A stretch of 63,645 nt of DNA, counting the filler, from Hausera hauseri (lineage: Eukaryota), in NCBI GenBank assembly GCA_046269625.1. It is 11 parts of 11 records of this genome, joined end to end, with 100 filler letters (N's around TTAATTAATTAA, not from the genome) between each part and the next. Parts side by side here need not be neighbours in the genome. Positions count along the whole stretch, not along the records: positions 8,549 to 14,202 come from JBJURY010212855.1; positions 14,303 to 23,394 come from JBJURY010463244.1; 9 more parts are not named here. The stretch is one strand, 5' to 3'. The stretch's first letter is position 1, and the number at the start of each line of letters is the position of its first letter. The position numbers were made by a program, and so were the translations under genes. Positions 9,801 through 23,145 of the stretch are shown one piece after another. Below the pieces are notes generated by a model, which was not told the origin of the DNA, made no database searches, and saw only the letters and a program-made list of their open reading frames with translations.

Positions 9801-12800
9801 CCAACAAGGACGTGCTCTAATTGGCCAAATTTTTATTGACTTGTAAATACACTGTTGTTATTTTTCTTCGTTTTTTGTTTTTATTTGTTTTTGTAATTGC
9901 AGATGATTTGATACGCTTTTCGTCGTTTTTTATCTCATAATGCCAAAATATGGCTACAGTCGTCTATAATAAATTCGACATGATGAAAGTCAAACAGTAC
10001 ATTTTAATGTTCAAATATTCGGTTTAGCAATAGCCCAGTAGTTTGGTTTGGAAATCTTGATTCGGAGTAAAATTTTGGAAGATCCTTGTCTCGTATACTC
10101 ATTATGCCATCGAACGGAATGGGAAATGCGAAAACAGCATATCAGAAACAAGAAATAACAGCATTGCGAAAAATATTATGCACAGTACGAGTTCAAAATG
10201 TTCGTCAAATATTTTGGACAAACAACACGTTATTTTAACATTGAAAACATCGGCGAATGTGATAGGGTCTTTTCTAATCTTTTAACTATACAACAAATAA
10301 CTTCGACGTGTCCAAAACAGTTGTTCAAAATGATTGTTTTTAAGATAGTGCCACATTCGTACTTGGGTCAATTTCCCCAGAAAAGCCTCAATTTTGAAAC
10401 CTTGCTTTTATTTTAATAGTCTATGAATATTTTTTATTGTTGAGAAAATATTTCTGAATTTATAATTGTGTTAATTTGACTGTTGTGTAAATGAAATATT
10501 GATATTGATGTTTTGACAGTTTTCAAATAAGCAATTCAATAATATTTGTTCAAATTGTTCATTTTGTGATGATAGAAATGTGCAATATACGTGAAATAGC
10601 ACAAATTCTACAAGTGTCAGAAGTGGGATTTTGAACAGAAATATGGACTGACGAAGATCAAGCGAAGATATTCCGGATACGCATCAGCATTCTGTTCAAG
10701 GAATTGAAGGCCGTTGTCATTCAGTCGGTCGATCTTAGTTCCAGTCGAACATTTGCCATGAACATGCTCGCCGAGATGCTCAGTCTTGTTCAGAAATCCT
10801 AACACTGCAGTTTTGGCATTGGACCCGGTTGTTAGATGGATACAGGAGTCACAGTAGAGTCCGCTTATTCTTCCTCTTCTCACAACTTTGTATTGATTTC
10901 CTGTTTATATTACAGCCATGCTTCAGTTGACTGAGGAATTATTGCAGGGATGCACTGGTCATACATCGATTACTCTTAATTATAACACATGGAACCTACA
11001 GAATTACGTCGTCGCAGACATATCTCGAAATCGTATAGATTTCAAGCAACAACTGGATGATGTATTATTTAGTTGCTTTGAACAGCCGGTAAAGGCCGTC
11101 GTAACCCTAGAACATCTGATTATTAGACCGAACAACAAACTCAACCGAAAATAGATTAATAATAATGTTTTCGCATCTGAGAAATATCCACCGTACAAGG
11201 ACATGATATCGAGAATTTGGATTCTGTGGAGTCAAGATTCATGACTCTGGCTCCCAATCAGGCCAAACGTCTTTTGGATGGAATGCTGCAGAATTAACCA
11301 CTGGTGGAGTTCTTTGTGCCTCATTTCTGTCCCCATATCGACTCGCCTGACACTCCAGTTATGTATTCCGATGTTTGTTTGGTTCATCAGTTTGGTCGAT
11401 ATTCGACATTTACTATCGTGTCTATTTTAAACAAGTTTAATATGAAGCAATTCGTCGATAATTCACCGACTACATCAACTATGGCAGTTATTATTGAACC
11501 CATCTGCACAGGGTTATCTACAGCTAAGCCGAACAAAACCAAAACTTCGAAAACAGAGGACAGCATTAAACAGATGCATACGGAAAATTTGATCACGATT
11601 GTCTCAAACATTCTCAATGTGTGTTTACCGACTGTGTTAGCATGATTTAGGAAAGATTGTGCCAGATATGTTCTGTAACTCAGATTCTGGCCGGTGGCAA
11701 CTCTCTGCGTCCATGACACTAGTGTTGCACATGGTGAGTTGCCGTTGACAATAGACGAGATACGAATGGAACTTGACACATTCGGTCAATTGGTCAATCA
11801 GTTCCGTTTTGACGATGTTACATGCCAGAAATCTCTATGGCCATGTATATCTTTATGGATACTTCACGCTATACTCATTGGTGAAACTGATGCACGATGG
11901 GGTAAAAATGATTAATGTGTGCAAATTTGTCGTCAACGGTTTTTTCATATATCTTTTAAAGATAAATTTTATTTCCTGCTGTTGCCATATTTTTTGTCTG
12001 TCGATATACTGTTGATTTTTATTACCCCAATCAATTTAAGCATCGCGATAGCGCCTTCCGTGTCAATTCGCCCGACGTCACTGAAGTCATTATATTTCCG
12101 AATTCATCTATTCCTCTTGTAAATGTGAAGGAAATTTTCACTTCAAGGAAGAATTTTCCTCCTTGAATTTATTAAAGTATTGCTTATTGTAGCCGGTAAA
12201 ATTTCTATACTCGTTGAAATGGTGTATTTCAATTTATCCACATGGAGAGCTGCGTTGTTTCGCTTATTTTACAACTGTACAAATTCCGAGAAATGTTTTG
12301 AAACTATGGCCCAGCTTTTACTTCTTTACCAACATACCTTGCACGTGAAGTTGAAACTAATATTTGGTGTTTTTCTCGACAAAATTGAAAGGTACTCCAA
12401 GTTTAAAAAATTCCCTTCTATACGTATTGACATTCAACGGCGTTGGAGAGTTATTATCCTTTGAAAATTTTGATGACGACGGGAAAATTATGATACATTT
12501 CGATATCTTCCATCCAAATGTTGTTTTGCTTTTTCCCACTTGGGCTGCTGCGCAGATTTGCACCCGTGCACAATTCATTGGAAAGGAATTGCTACCCTTT
12601 ACGACAAAATTTTCGTAGAACAGACACAAACCGAAATTAAGGTCGAAATTCCTTAAAATTCTGTATTCCTGAAGCATCAATTCTTTCTTTATGACGTTAT
12701 TTCCACATTTTTCGTGCCCTTGGATTAAAACTTGCTGTAAATTTGATAAAGACATTAGGCAAGACACGGAGCCCGTTTGTTCTTTGATTATTAATTCCCT

Positions 12801-13403
12801 CAAAGATATCATCTGGGGATTTATATCGATTCGGTTACCCGATGATTCGCTGCATTATATTCCATCTCTGCCCCTAATCAAAATTCAAACTACTTTTCAA
12901 AAAAACTTACCACATTTAGTCCCTTCGGAATATCTTCCCGTAACATCGATTACTCACATAGTGTTTTAGTTTTCTTATCTGGCCGAGTACACGTGGAACT
13001 GATAAAGAAAGTAATAAATACTTCCCTTGTTAAATAGTTTTTGATTTTGCCCAATACGTGTGGTGATTTGACGAAATGTTTTTATCGATATCATCGATGT
13101 TTCTTGTTAAATATGTTCATAATGGAGTAAGTCTACGTGAATGGTTAAGTAATACGCGCAGCAGTTTTGCTGAGTTTCTTGTCACCATTGTTTATNNNNN
13201 NNNNNAAGAAAAATGATCATAACATTACCAAATTTTTTGAACAATTTTGGAATTTTCGACACTCATTTGTCAACGACATCTACCGGATACGTCAAGACTT
13301 TTATTCTTTCGACAATGCGCTTTATTATTTTGGAAGGCAGTAAAAAGTTTCTATTGACACTATCCCGTCAATTGTTTTTCCCCATGGAAATACGATTGGA
13401 CAA

Positions 13404-14202
13404 TTGAAACAAAATACATCTCTGACTGGACCAACCGGAGGAGATCCGGTCACCCCGGATTTTCAGGTACATCACAGTATGACCGACTGCCCGGCCGTAT
13501 GTCCTGTGTTAGTGGGTCCTACGCAATGGTCCGTTACGTCACCACATCACCCATTAGGGCCCACACCAACACTCTCCTTTCTCTTTTTGTTAGATAATTA
13601 CCAACTATTGGAACACAGAACAACGTATTTTATAAATGCTCCCTACTTGCACAATTATGTACTACACTTCGCCAATATCTCTGACTTTTACCTCATTTAC
13701 AACAACCGACCTATGATTGATGTCAATTTTCGTAACCTTTCTGTTTCTTCAACCCAATATATCATTATTCACGTACACATTCATATCCGTGGTGGCATGG
13801 ATTCTTCTCCCACCATTGACACTACTAATAAAACTAACTCTAAACCAACACCCTTCACTTATCTCCAAAAATCAACGACCGTCACCACATCATCCACTTT
13901 CCCCACTTATACACCTACCCTCCCTCCAGCCAAACACACTTCTTTTCAGTGTACAGAATACTTTATAGACCATGAAAAATGCAGTAAAACATGGCTTAAC
14001 TTTCACAAACTTTGGCTGCAGTCTAACAGTATTATTGATCCCTCAGTCAAATCTCATAGCTTACTTTATCTCTTACCAAACACAGTAAAGACTTCTTTTC
14101 ACGATATCTTAGATATCTTTCAGCAGTCCGACCCGTACACCCATCTCCATAACGTAGTCTTAAAACTCATGGAACCATCTATGGATTTCATAATCCATAG
14201 AT
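13404..14202 (+). mobile_element. 5' leader and gag N-terminus of the same Gypsy family
   Basis: CTEYFIDHEKCSKTWLNFHKLWLQSNSIIDPSVKSHSLLYLLPNTVK aligns with CVDFLLDKNNSSKPWLQFHQQWLKSNNITDSFVRANSLLILLPANVK at 20006-20236. Confidence 0.8.
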
Positions 14203-14530
14203 NNNNNNNNNNNNNNNNNNNNNNNNNNNNNNNNNNNNNNNNNNNNTTAATTAATTAANNNNNNNNNNNNNNNNNNNNNNNNNNNNNNNNNNNNNNNNNN
14301 NNTAATTTTTCGCCATGTGAAATCAATTATATCCATTGTCACTTAGTACATATATTCTTTCCTTCTAACCTCTATTTAAATAACATCCCCCATACAAATT
14401 ATTTATAAAAAAGTTAATTATTTTACGCTAGACAAAATTATATGATTAGTTTCCATAATTTTTTGACGGGATAAAACTTTGAATAATTTGTAAACAGTAT
14501 GGATGAAATTACTTTAGACAAACAAATAGT

Positions 14531-14567
14531 ACTCTGACGAAGATCTTAATAAGATCGAAATATCAGC
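14531..14567 (+). ncRNA. Minimal hammerhead-ribozyme motif of Penelope-like-element type
   Basis: CTGACGA-A-[GATCTT aat AAGATC]-GAAA-TA-TC: both catalytic boxes, a perfect 6-bp stem II and a loopless stem III. Stem I is only 2 bp. Confidence 0.55.
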
Positions 14568-15453
14568 TTCAAAAATTCGCAAGATTATTGTCTTCAAAAA
14601 GACATCATTTTACATTATCTCATTAAAGGTAGCTTAGAAAGAATTTTCGTATTCTGAAGTAAACAAATTGACTGTGACATCAGTCTGCGACAAAATTATA
14701 TTAAAAAACTTGTCGTTCAAATGTATGTATTAATTCGTAACAGTGTAGTTTCTAAAATTTGTGACTCACGACAGAATGTCAAAATGCTAGGGTTTGTTAA
14801 TAAAATAAAACCCAATCTAAAAAACCAAAATAACAAAGTCCTAATCAAAATTCCTCTTTCAAAGTCGAAATCAAACTGAATCAGAAACCGAACCGCAGCT
14901 CCAGACATTGCTCGAGATAGATGAGAAAACCGACAATAAATATTTGATCTGATTACTTGACAATTTTAATGAACAATTTATGATAATTTGACAATGTAAG
15001 CCTTGGTACTGTTATTGACAATGTGAATATTTGTGCATATTTAAACGTCTTCTTGTTGTGATCATGTTAAACCCCTTGATAGGTGTCGCTACTATGCCTG
15101 CGAGTTGTAAATTACTGTTATCCAAAGCGGCAAGGTAATCAATTAATCAAAATGATAATTAAATAACTAACATTCAAAATAGGAGACGAAATACACAAGT
15201 ACCAAAATGGCATATCGTATAGTATACAAATGCTAATATCGTATAATACACAAGTGTTGGTATGAAACACCACATTCGTCAAAGAGGCAAACACACTTTC
15301 ATCCGGCATATTTTACCTCAAAATAATATATTTCTATTTTTATTTCTGTTTTACCGTCCCTTCCGAAAATAGAAAACAAAGACCAAACAATTAGTTAAAT
15401 TATTGTCCCTTCATTCAACAGATTTTCATCATAAATAAACAGAATAGGATAAC

Positions 15454-15680
15454 TGTTGTCCCGGTGATAATACCGACATTGGGTAGAATATAAGGAGAGT
15501 CAAGCTAGGATAATTTTTTATTTTAAAGTTCAAAAAAACTACAAATCAATTATTATAATTATTAATTTGAAACTTATAAGTAGAGATTAACAAAATTAAA
15601 AGTGTATTCACATGGTGGGGAAAATCTCCTCGCCGATCCGCTAACTCCTCCAGTGCAACTACATTTTAGGCACTATATCA
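15454..15680 (-). repeat. Putative 3' LTR of the adjacent Gypsy element
   Basis: On the minus strand a polypurine tract GGAGGGGG (15688-15681) is directly followed by TGATAT...ACAACA, with AATAAA inside. No matching 5' LTR was seen. Confidence 0.55.
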
Positions 15681-18600
15681 CCCCCTCCAAAGAAGGAAAA
15701 ATAAACGTAGAATATCGTAATAAAAGGAAGAGCTTGTACCTATTCGGATTTAGTATGTGTCAGACGTTCGATTCCGTCTATGAACTTCTCCCTACTATAG
15801 GTGCTAAATGTCACTTGGCATCACCTGTTAGATGTTGCTGGTGCTTGTGAAGTTGTTCGAGGGAGAGATTCTGTGGATTTTGTGGTGTTTTGGGAGGATA
15901 TTTTATGAAGAGGTGAAAGTGGAAAAGAAGCTGAAAAAGGAAAAGATCACTCGAAGAAGGCAATACTGGAGATGAAAGCTAATCATGCGATGAAGGTGAA
16001 ATTAGTGGTGGATGTGCAGGCGATGACGGCGAAGTAAGTGGTGAAGGAGCAGTGGACGATGATGGAAGTGAATAGAACTGATTGTGACAAGAGAGTGACT
16101 GCTGCGACGGAACAATATCATCGAGGAAATTAGATGATGTCTCGAGGGAAGAGAAGTTAAAGTTTGGATTTGCAACAGGGCTGTTATCCTGGTCATCGTC
16201 AATGAAGAATGATGGCTTAAAATTGGAAATGTGTACATTTTGAGGTCTGTCCTTACGTAAAATAGTAGTGGTGTGAGATGAAATGTTGAGTAGTTTATAA
16301 CGGCCAACGTCCTGAGGTCAAAAACCAGAAGATGACGGATCCTTCAGCCATACAAACTTGGCTGAGTCTAAGTCCTCTGAAATATATGATTTGTCTTTAT
16401 TTATAAGGCGGCAAATGGTAAATGAGCTGACATTGACAAAGTGGGACTGTGTCGCACGAATAACTTCATCTGACGGGCTTTCATCGAGGTTGGAGAGCTC
16501 AAATAAGGCACGAATTGGTGTCACAAAGAGAGCCTCAACTGGAGCACAACCTGTGGTGGTGGATGGCGTGTTACACCAACCGAGTAAGACAAGAGGAAGA
16601 ATTTAGGTCCAGTTATGATTACTGTTTGCCAAGATTTTTAAGGAAATCTTCATGGTACGGTGAAATCTCTCAAGAAGACCATTTGCTTGGGGATGGTACG
16701 GTGTTGTATGGAAATGGGCTATCTCCAATTGTTTTACCAGAGATTTAAAAAGATCAACTTCAAATTGTGGACCCTGGCCCGTTATAATGTGACGTGGTGA
16801 ATCAAAGCGGCTGATCCATATTTTGATAAAGGCATCTGCTACCGAATCGGTATTGGCTGATCGAAGAGGAAAGGCGTCTGGCCAGCGAGAAGCGCGATCC
16901 ATCATAGATAAGATGTATTGATAACCGTTGTCGGATGGTAAAGGGCCGAGAAGATCCAAATGAACGGTGTCAAAACGAGAAGTACAAGGGAAGTGGTAAA
17001 GTGGTGTTTGAGATGATTATGGACTTCATATTGCTGACATTCTACACATCCCTTAACCCAGACCTGTACATCTGTACTCATAGTACTCATAGTAGGTGAT
17101 GCCATCAATGATCTCAACAGATTTAGAAGCTTGCAGAATATCAGATGATGGCTGATTACATCTCAGGATTTCAGAGGAAAAAATTGGCTGAACTGTAATT
17201 GAGCTAAACGACCGCGATAAAAAGTCTGCTAATAAGTTATCGGTGCCTGAAATATATTTCACAGAAAAGCTAAATGTTAACAGGTATGACATCTATCGTT
17301 CTTGTCTGGATGATGGCTGTTTTAGCGTCACGATATGAAGTAGAGGCTTATGGTCGATTTGGATGACAAATTGACGTGATAGAAGCAAATGCTAGAAATG
17401 CTTTACCACTAGAACTATGTCCAGGAGCTCACGATCGAATGTTGAGTATCGACTTTCTGGCTGCGTGAGCTTTCGGGAATAGGATTCTAACGGCTCATCG
17501 ACACCATTGTATATCTGGTATAATATCGCACCAGTGGCTGTGATGGAGGCATCGGTGGTTAGTATTAGTTTCGCATTGGGTTTTTGAAAAGCAAGGATTT
17601 CAACGGTTTTCAGACCTTCACGAAGGCGATCAAATTGGTTTATTAGATCAGGAGTCCAGTGGATTAATTGTCTTTTCTTCCCGGATGAGAGGTGTGCGAA
17701 AGGTGTCGTTAGTTCTCAGCAGTGTGGCACGTATTTTTGTACGAAATGCAGTGTCTCTAGAAAACTCCTCATGTCGGTGATAGTAGTTGGTAATATCACA
17801 TTTTTTAACTGTTGTAAACGATCAGGCTGGAGGGAATGACCATCGGGAGTGATTATGTGGCCTAAGAAGTTGATACGTTTCTGGAAGAAATTACATTTGG
17901 CGAAATTAATTTGCAGGTTGCTTTGATGCAATCTGTGGAAAATAATTCGGAGATGCTCATGACGCTATTTGAAGGAAGTGGAAGAGATTAGAATGTCGTC
18001 TATATATGGCTGAGCAAAATCAAGACCTGGGAGTACGGTATCAATATGGCGTTGAAAGATCTGAGATGCACTACGTAGGCCAAAAGGCATGAATATGTAT
18101 TCATAAAGGCCAAATGGTGTAATGACAGCAGTTTTCAAAATGTCATCAGGTGCGACAGAAATTTGATGAGAGGCCTTGTGCAGATCAATGATAGAATAGG
18201 TATTGGTGTTATTGAGGGTATGAAAGATATCCTTAATGAGTGGTAGTAAATAGGCATCTGTAATGGTCAGGTTGTTTAATTGACGATAGTTGCCACATGG
18301 CCTGTAGGTACCATCTTTCTTTGCTACTACTTGAAGAGGAGAAGCCCAAGGTGAATTCAATCTCCGAATGATGCCAGACATCCAGTTCATTAAATTTCTG
18401 TTCCACAGCTTCACGTATGCAAGGCGACAATGGCGTGACCTTTTGTTTGATAGGCCTCTGATGCTTTCTTATTATATGATGATAATTTGAGGATGGAGGC
18501 TTGATGTTGATGTCCCTTTTGACTATGCGAAAGCAAGATATTGTGATGTATAATTTAAGATCGGAGTCTAGAGATAAGAATGGTTGAGGCATGTCATCGG

Positions 18601-20660
18601 AAGAAACAGTTGCAGTAATTGACGAAAAGCAACTGACATTGCCACTGTTAACAACCAATTTGAATTTTTGTTTTAAAATAGATTTATGATTGTTATTCAT
18701 ATTTGAAGGAATACCGACTTTATCAAAAATTTTGTCAATAGTTGACAAGGCGTTCAACATATTTACAGAGCAGTGACATGAATTGCTCGCATGATCGTCT
18801 GTGAGACATTTGATTGGATTTGCGATCGGGTTGCTGCGCTGCAGGCAGCCGTATTTACAATCAACCAACAGATCGTGTGGGCCAGGAAGTCCGAGCCAAT
18901 TATTCGTGAATTTATGTTAGCAATAAAGAACTTCCAAACAAACTTGTCCGGTAAGTGATGGGAGGTAAAAGTTAGCTCTGTGGTGCCAACAATGCGCAAA
19001 GGCTGCCCACAGGTTGTGAAGAGTTGAGGCCAATAAAAATTGTTGGATGTTAGAGCGAAAGATAGCGGTAGTAAGGAAAAGGCGGCTTCAGAGTCAATGA
19101 GAAAGTCTATATTTAATGAATTGTCAGAGAAGATTGCGGCTTTCAACAGAAAGACTGCAGAGGTGGTATAAAGACGGCCAGAAAAATGCAATGTATCGCC
19201 TATACCAGAATATGCCGTCCAATCTGGTGGCGTTGTTCGTTTTTTGAAGGATTTGGAGGAGAAGAAGGGGAGGAAAAGGAAGAGATTTATTTTTGTAATA
19301 TTTGCAACCAGACACACATGACCTGGCCTGTGACTGGTACTTATTATTGTAGATGCAAATAGAATTGTCCACAGCGTATTGTTCGCTGTAGAATCGGGCA
19401 GCCCAAGAAACAGTGCCTTGCATCCTTTCGAAACTTCGCATGATAGAAACAAGCCATGCGTCCGCCAGGTGAAATGGATCGCGTAGAATGTCTTGAAGTG
19501 CTTCGCTTCCTCGAAGGTCTGGTTTCACTTCGCCGAGGCCCATTAAGATTGCTCAGTTGGGTGGTAATGGCCGAAATTGACTGCTGTAATATGTCAAATT
19601 GTTGTTGCATCATTTGAAAAACTGTTGAGTGAATAATTTTGTATCTATAGCTGGTGCGTGTCTGGTTGCAGCCGCAATTGGAAGAGAGTTATTTGTATGT
19701 AGGATTTCAAAGGATTTATCATCCATTATCGCCAATTTTGCAATAGCAGTAGACTCGTCGACGGCGATAAGCAAGGCTCTAACTGAGGTGGGCAAGGACG
19801 ACAAGAAATAAAACCTAATTAAGTCCACGTTACTAGTAGGTGTTACGCCTAAGGTGCTAAGCTGCAAAATGGCCGTTCGGAGAAAATCCGATAGCTTTTG
19901 GTTTCCTATCGTATGGTCGTTGAAGTATTTTTGTATAACGTTGTCTATCGAAGAATTCGCGATATGGAGTACAACCTCACAGAGTGTTTCGTAAGGTGTC
20001 GAGGATTAAAGCAGTTCGGAGATGTTGCTGATCTGCTGCTTAACGTTAGCAGGCAGAAGAATTAAAAGACTGTTGGCTCGCACAAAAGAATCAGTGATGT
20101 TGTTAGATTTTAACCACTGTTGGTGGAATTGGAGCCATGGTTTACTGGAATTGTTTTTGTCAAGAAGAAAATCCACACAGGGTAGATTCAGTGAAGCTCG
20201 TGGTTGTTGATAGTTGATAAGCGATAGATATTGCATGTATTTGTAGATTTATCATCCGAGAAAGATGGATTTGGGTCCGATCCACTCCGAAGCGGACGTA
20301 AAGCGTGAGATGGATGATCGGATGTTCGTGACTTGTGAACAGTAAACAAGAGTATGAAGGATGTATAGTAAGACCATGATAGGTGAAATAGAAGTCAGAA
20401 GTATTAAATAAGGAGGATAAAGAGTTCTATAAGAGCTGTGCTGTGTCGTTGAGTGACGCTCTTATGGTTTTTATATGCTGTTTATTGCTAAAAACAAGAA
20501 AGTAAAATTGCTGTGAAGTAATATGAGCAAGAGGTTGATATGAGTGGAGGGCTTGGGCGGTTTTCGTTTGGACAAGGGAAAAACTTGAGCATGCCACCCG
20601 GGGAGTAGTGGCAAAATGATCGCACTGGTGGGCGCAAATCAACAAAAAGAACCTCACCAA
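15454..20660 (-). mobile_element. Near full-length degenerate Ty3/Gypsy element, CsRn1-like: gag-PR-RT-RNase H-IN
   Basis: Gag CFYHAKFRKDARHCFLGC (CHCC); PR FLIDSEAAFSLLP; RT WASPLQVVAKKDGTYRPCGNYRQLN, TPFGLYEY..MPFGL, YIDDILI; RNase H TTDAS; IN DLLGPLPSDNGYQYILSMMDRASRWPDAFPL, YHPQANGLLERFHRTMK. Many stops and frameshifts. Confidence 0.95.
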
Positions 20661-20720
20661 CCTGTGTCTAAATGTCTATGATGGTAGAACTTCTGCCGAA
20701 TTTTGCCAAATCAGAAATGT

Positions 20721-21850
20721 TCACTCGACTAGATTATCCTTATTGACGATGTTTGAGAATTCGCTGAGGTTCAGATACTCCCGTGGAGTGTATGGCAGGC
20801 AAATATTCGATGTGGACGAGTCTGAGGATTCGGTTGTTTGGGCTTTATTGACGACATCAGCGAGTCCGTCTGTTAGTCGGTCGGTACGGTTGCTGAGACA
20901 ATTTTGAGTGGTTAGTTGCACCGAGTGGGAATGGCTGGTCATTGACTGCAAAAGGTGATTAATCATGGCCAACGATCGTCGCGGTATGTCCCATGGATCA
21001 TCAATGTGGACTTGTCCAGAAAATTCGTAATTGTCGATAGCGTTGACTGGACAGACGGATACACGCTCGGTGAATGCCACCAGATACTGTTGGAACAAGT
21101 CACAATAGGCCATTTTGCCTGATATGATGGTAAAATATTCACGTATCGGTGTGACAACAGAGTCATTGAAGAGGTTAGCCCATTCATCGACTACAGAAAC
21201 GATGGTAACAGATGCCAATGTCACCATGATACTGCAAATGAGTCAATAGCCAGCAACCATTGAGTAAATGGTCTAAACCGCTGTCGGTCGCTGTTTTCAG
21301 ATAATTCATACAGTCGGCAAACTTCTCGCCTCTCACCAGCGCTGCAACAAGACAGAGGATAAATTCTCATTGATAAGTGATCAGTTGAACTGAGGAATCA
21401 ACACCAATTTGCAGCAGCTCCAGCAACGATGCCAAAACGAACTCAGTTTCCGACAGTATTAAAAGGTTTGTGAAAACTGGCCTCAATGAGTCCATATGGG
21501 ACTCGAACAAATATTTGACTTCCATCATTAGCCACTTCAGTAACTTATGGATTTCAAAAGTTATCTTGTTCTTTCTAAACGGATTAAGGTGGAAAGACGA
21601 GTGAATATCAAAATAGTTGGCATATATTTCTTTCCTCTCGAAGAATCTCTGGTATGGTATGTTCCCGAGTGTTAGTAACAAATGGACCATTTGGTATATG
21701 GAATATAACCGGAGTTTTATCATCACGTAGATGAAATATCAGTTCAGCTATATCATCTTCAAGACCCTATTCAAGATTTTGGTGCAACCTTTTTACAATA
21801 TATTCAATATTTCTTGACACGTTGTCATTCTTCCATATTGTAGTTAGTGG
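20721..21850 (-). pseudogene. Unidentified decayed coding fragment(s)
   Basis: ORFs 20721-21227 and 21367-21726 have protein-like composition and lie on the same strand as the Ig fragments. No family was recognised. Confidence 0.3.
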
Positions 21851-22089
21851 AACATAATGTACAAATACATGATGTAGACAATCATCCCCTTTTGTATAAA
21901 AATGTTATGGGTGTTTCTATGCGTTCTACTAATCCATCAACTCCAACGTTATCACGAAACAACAATTGTCGAAAGAAATTGGGTTTTGATTTATCCCATT
22001 TAAAATTAGTTGAAGATACTCTTCTAACCTCCAGTAAAAATTCCACAGATTCCTGTCTAACAACTATCAACATCTTCCGCCAAGTTTAA

Positions 22090-23145
22090 GAAACAAGACG
22101 TAAACTACTGGTCTGCAGAGTTTGAAACACTAGCCGAGTAAGTACCGTGATTGGATTCTTCAAAATTCTTTATGTATAAATGTTCGCATCCATTTTGAAC
22201 CTTTTGCGTAACTCGTGAATTTAGATCGTTAATCGGAAAGCCGTTTCGGTATCACTTTAAGTTAGGAATAGGACTTCCAACCGCCGAACAGTAAAGTTGT
22301 ACATCGGATCTAGCCGTAAGCCTTTGGTCTTTTAATTGTCTTGTAAATTCAGGAATGTGTCGAAGAGAATATCTAACCCCATCAACAGTTTTCGGTTGTG
22401 GTTAGACCAGTAGACAAAATGTCTGTCTCAGTTACTACACTTCCCATAACGTTTGTTGCAATACACGATACCGTTATTGTCATTGAATGACTTCTTATGT
22501 ACGATCTATTGATATTATATGTACTCAATCCGGAATTTTCGACGAAAGATGTATGTAGGACCTTTTCCGGCAATTGTCTACGATTTACAAACCATCTAAC
22601 ATCTGGTAAAGGATTTCCTTCAACACATACGGCCAGTGATAAATCTCTCTGTCAGAAACGGTAACAGCGTTAAATGTCTTGGAAAATCGTGGTGTTACAA
22701 AACAAGGATCTGGGCAAACTTCTGAAATTCCTACGTTTGCCGAACATGAATCAGATCCAAAACCATTAGACATGGTAAGTGTATACAAACCAGCGTCTTC
22801 CATTGTGCAATTTTCAATTAACAGTTTGACATTGTTGTCATTTTCTATTTGAGAGTAATGAGTGGAAATAAAATCGATGGTTTTTTTATTTAATTGCCAA
22901 CGAATTTGAGATGTAGGAATATCACAAATTTTAGTGCCCAATGACATTTTCTTTCCGCTAAGTGTTATAAAATCGAGGATTGGTAAAATGATACGTGGTT
23001 CTTTACTTTCAATTTTTACTAATTTGGTTTTTTCGAGAATTATTCCACTCTTTATGGTTGTATTTCGTAAAAACATTACAAGAATTAATTGTGTATCCGG
23101 CTTCATTGCAAACTTCAACAGAGTACGTTTTAATAGTCAGACTTT
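22090..23145 (-). pseudogene. Tandem I-set immunoglobulin domains (titin/obscurin/MLCK-like), disrupted
   Basis: TSQIRWQLNKK..KLLIENCTMEDAGLYTLTMSNGFGSDSCSANV; PRFSKTF; VSCIATNVMGSV; PEFTRQLKDQ..VQLYCSAVGSPIPNLK*YRNG..LYIKNFEESNHGTYS. Contains stops and frameshifts; no introns evident. Confidence 0.8.

Noticed and set aside
12640-12690. ILRNFDLNFG resembling DNA polymerase delta subunit 4
   Set aside because: The downstream GPC.GI.R..RW motif is absent; the match is too short.
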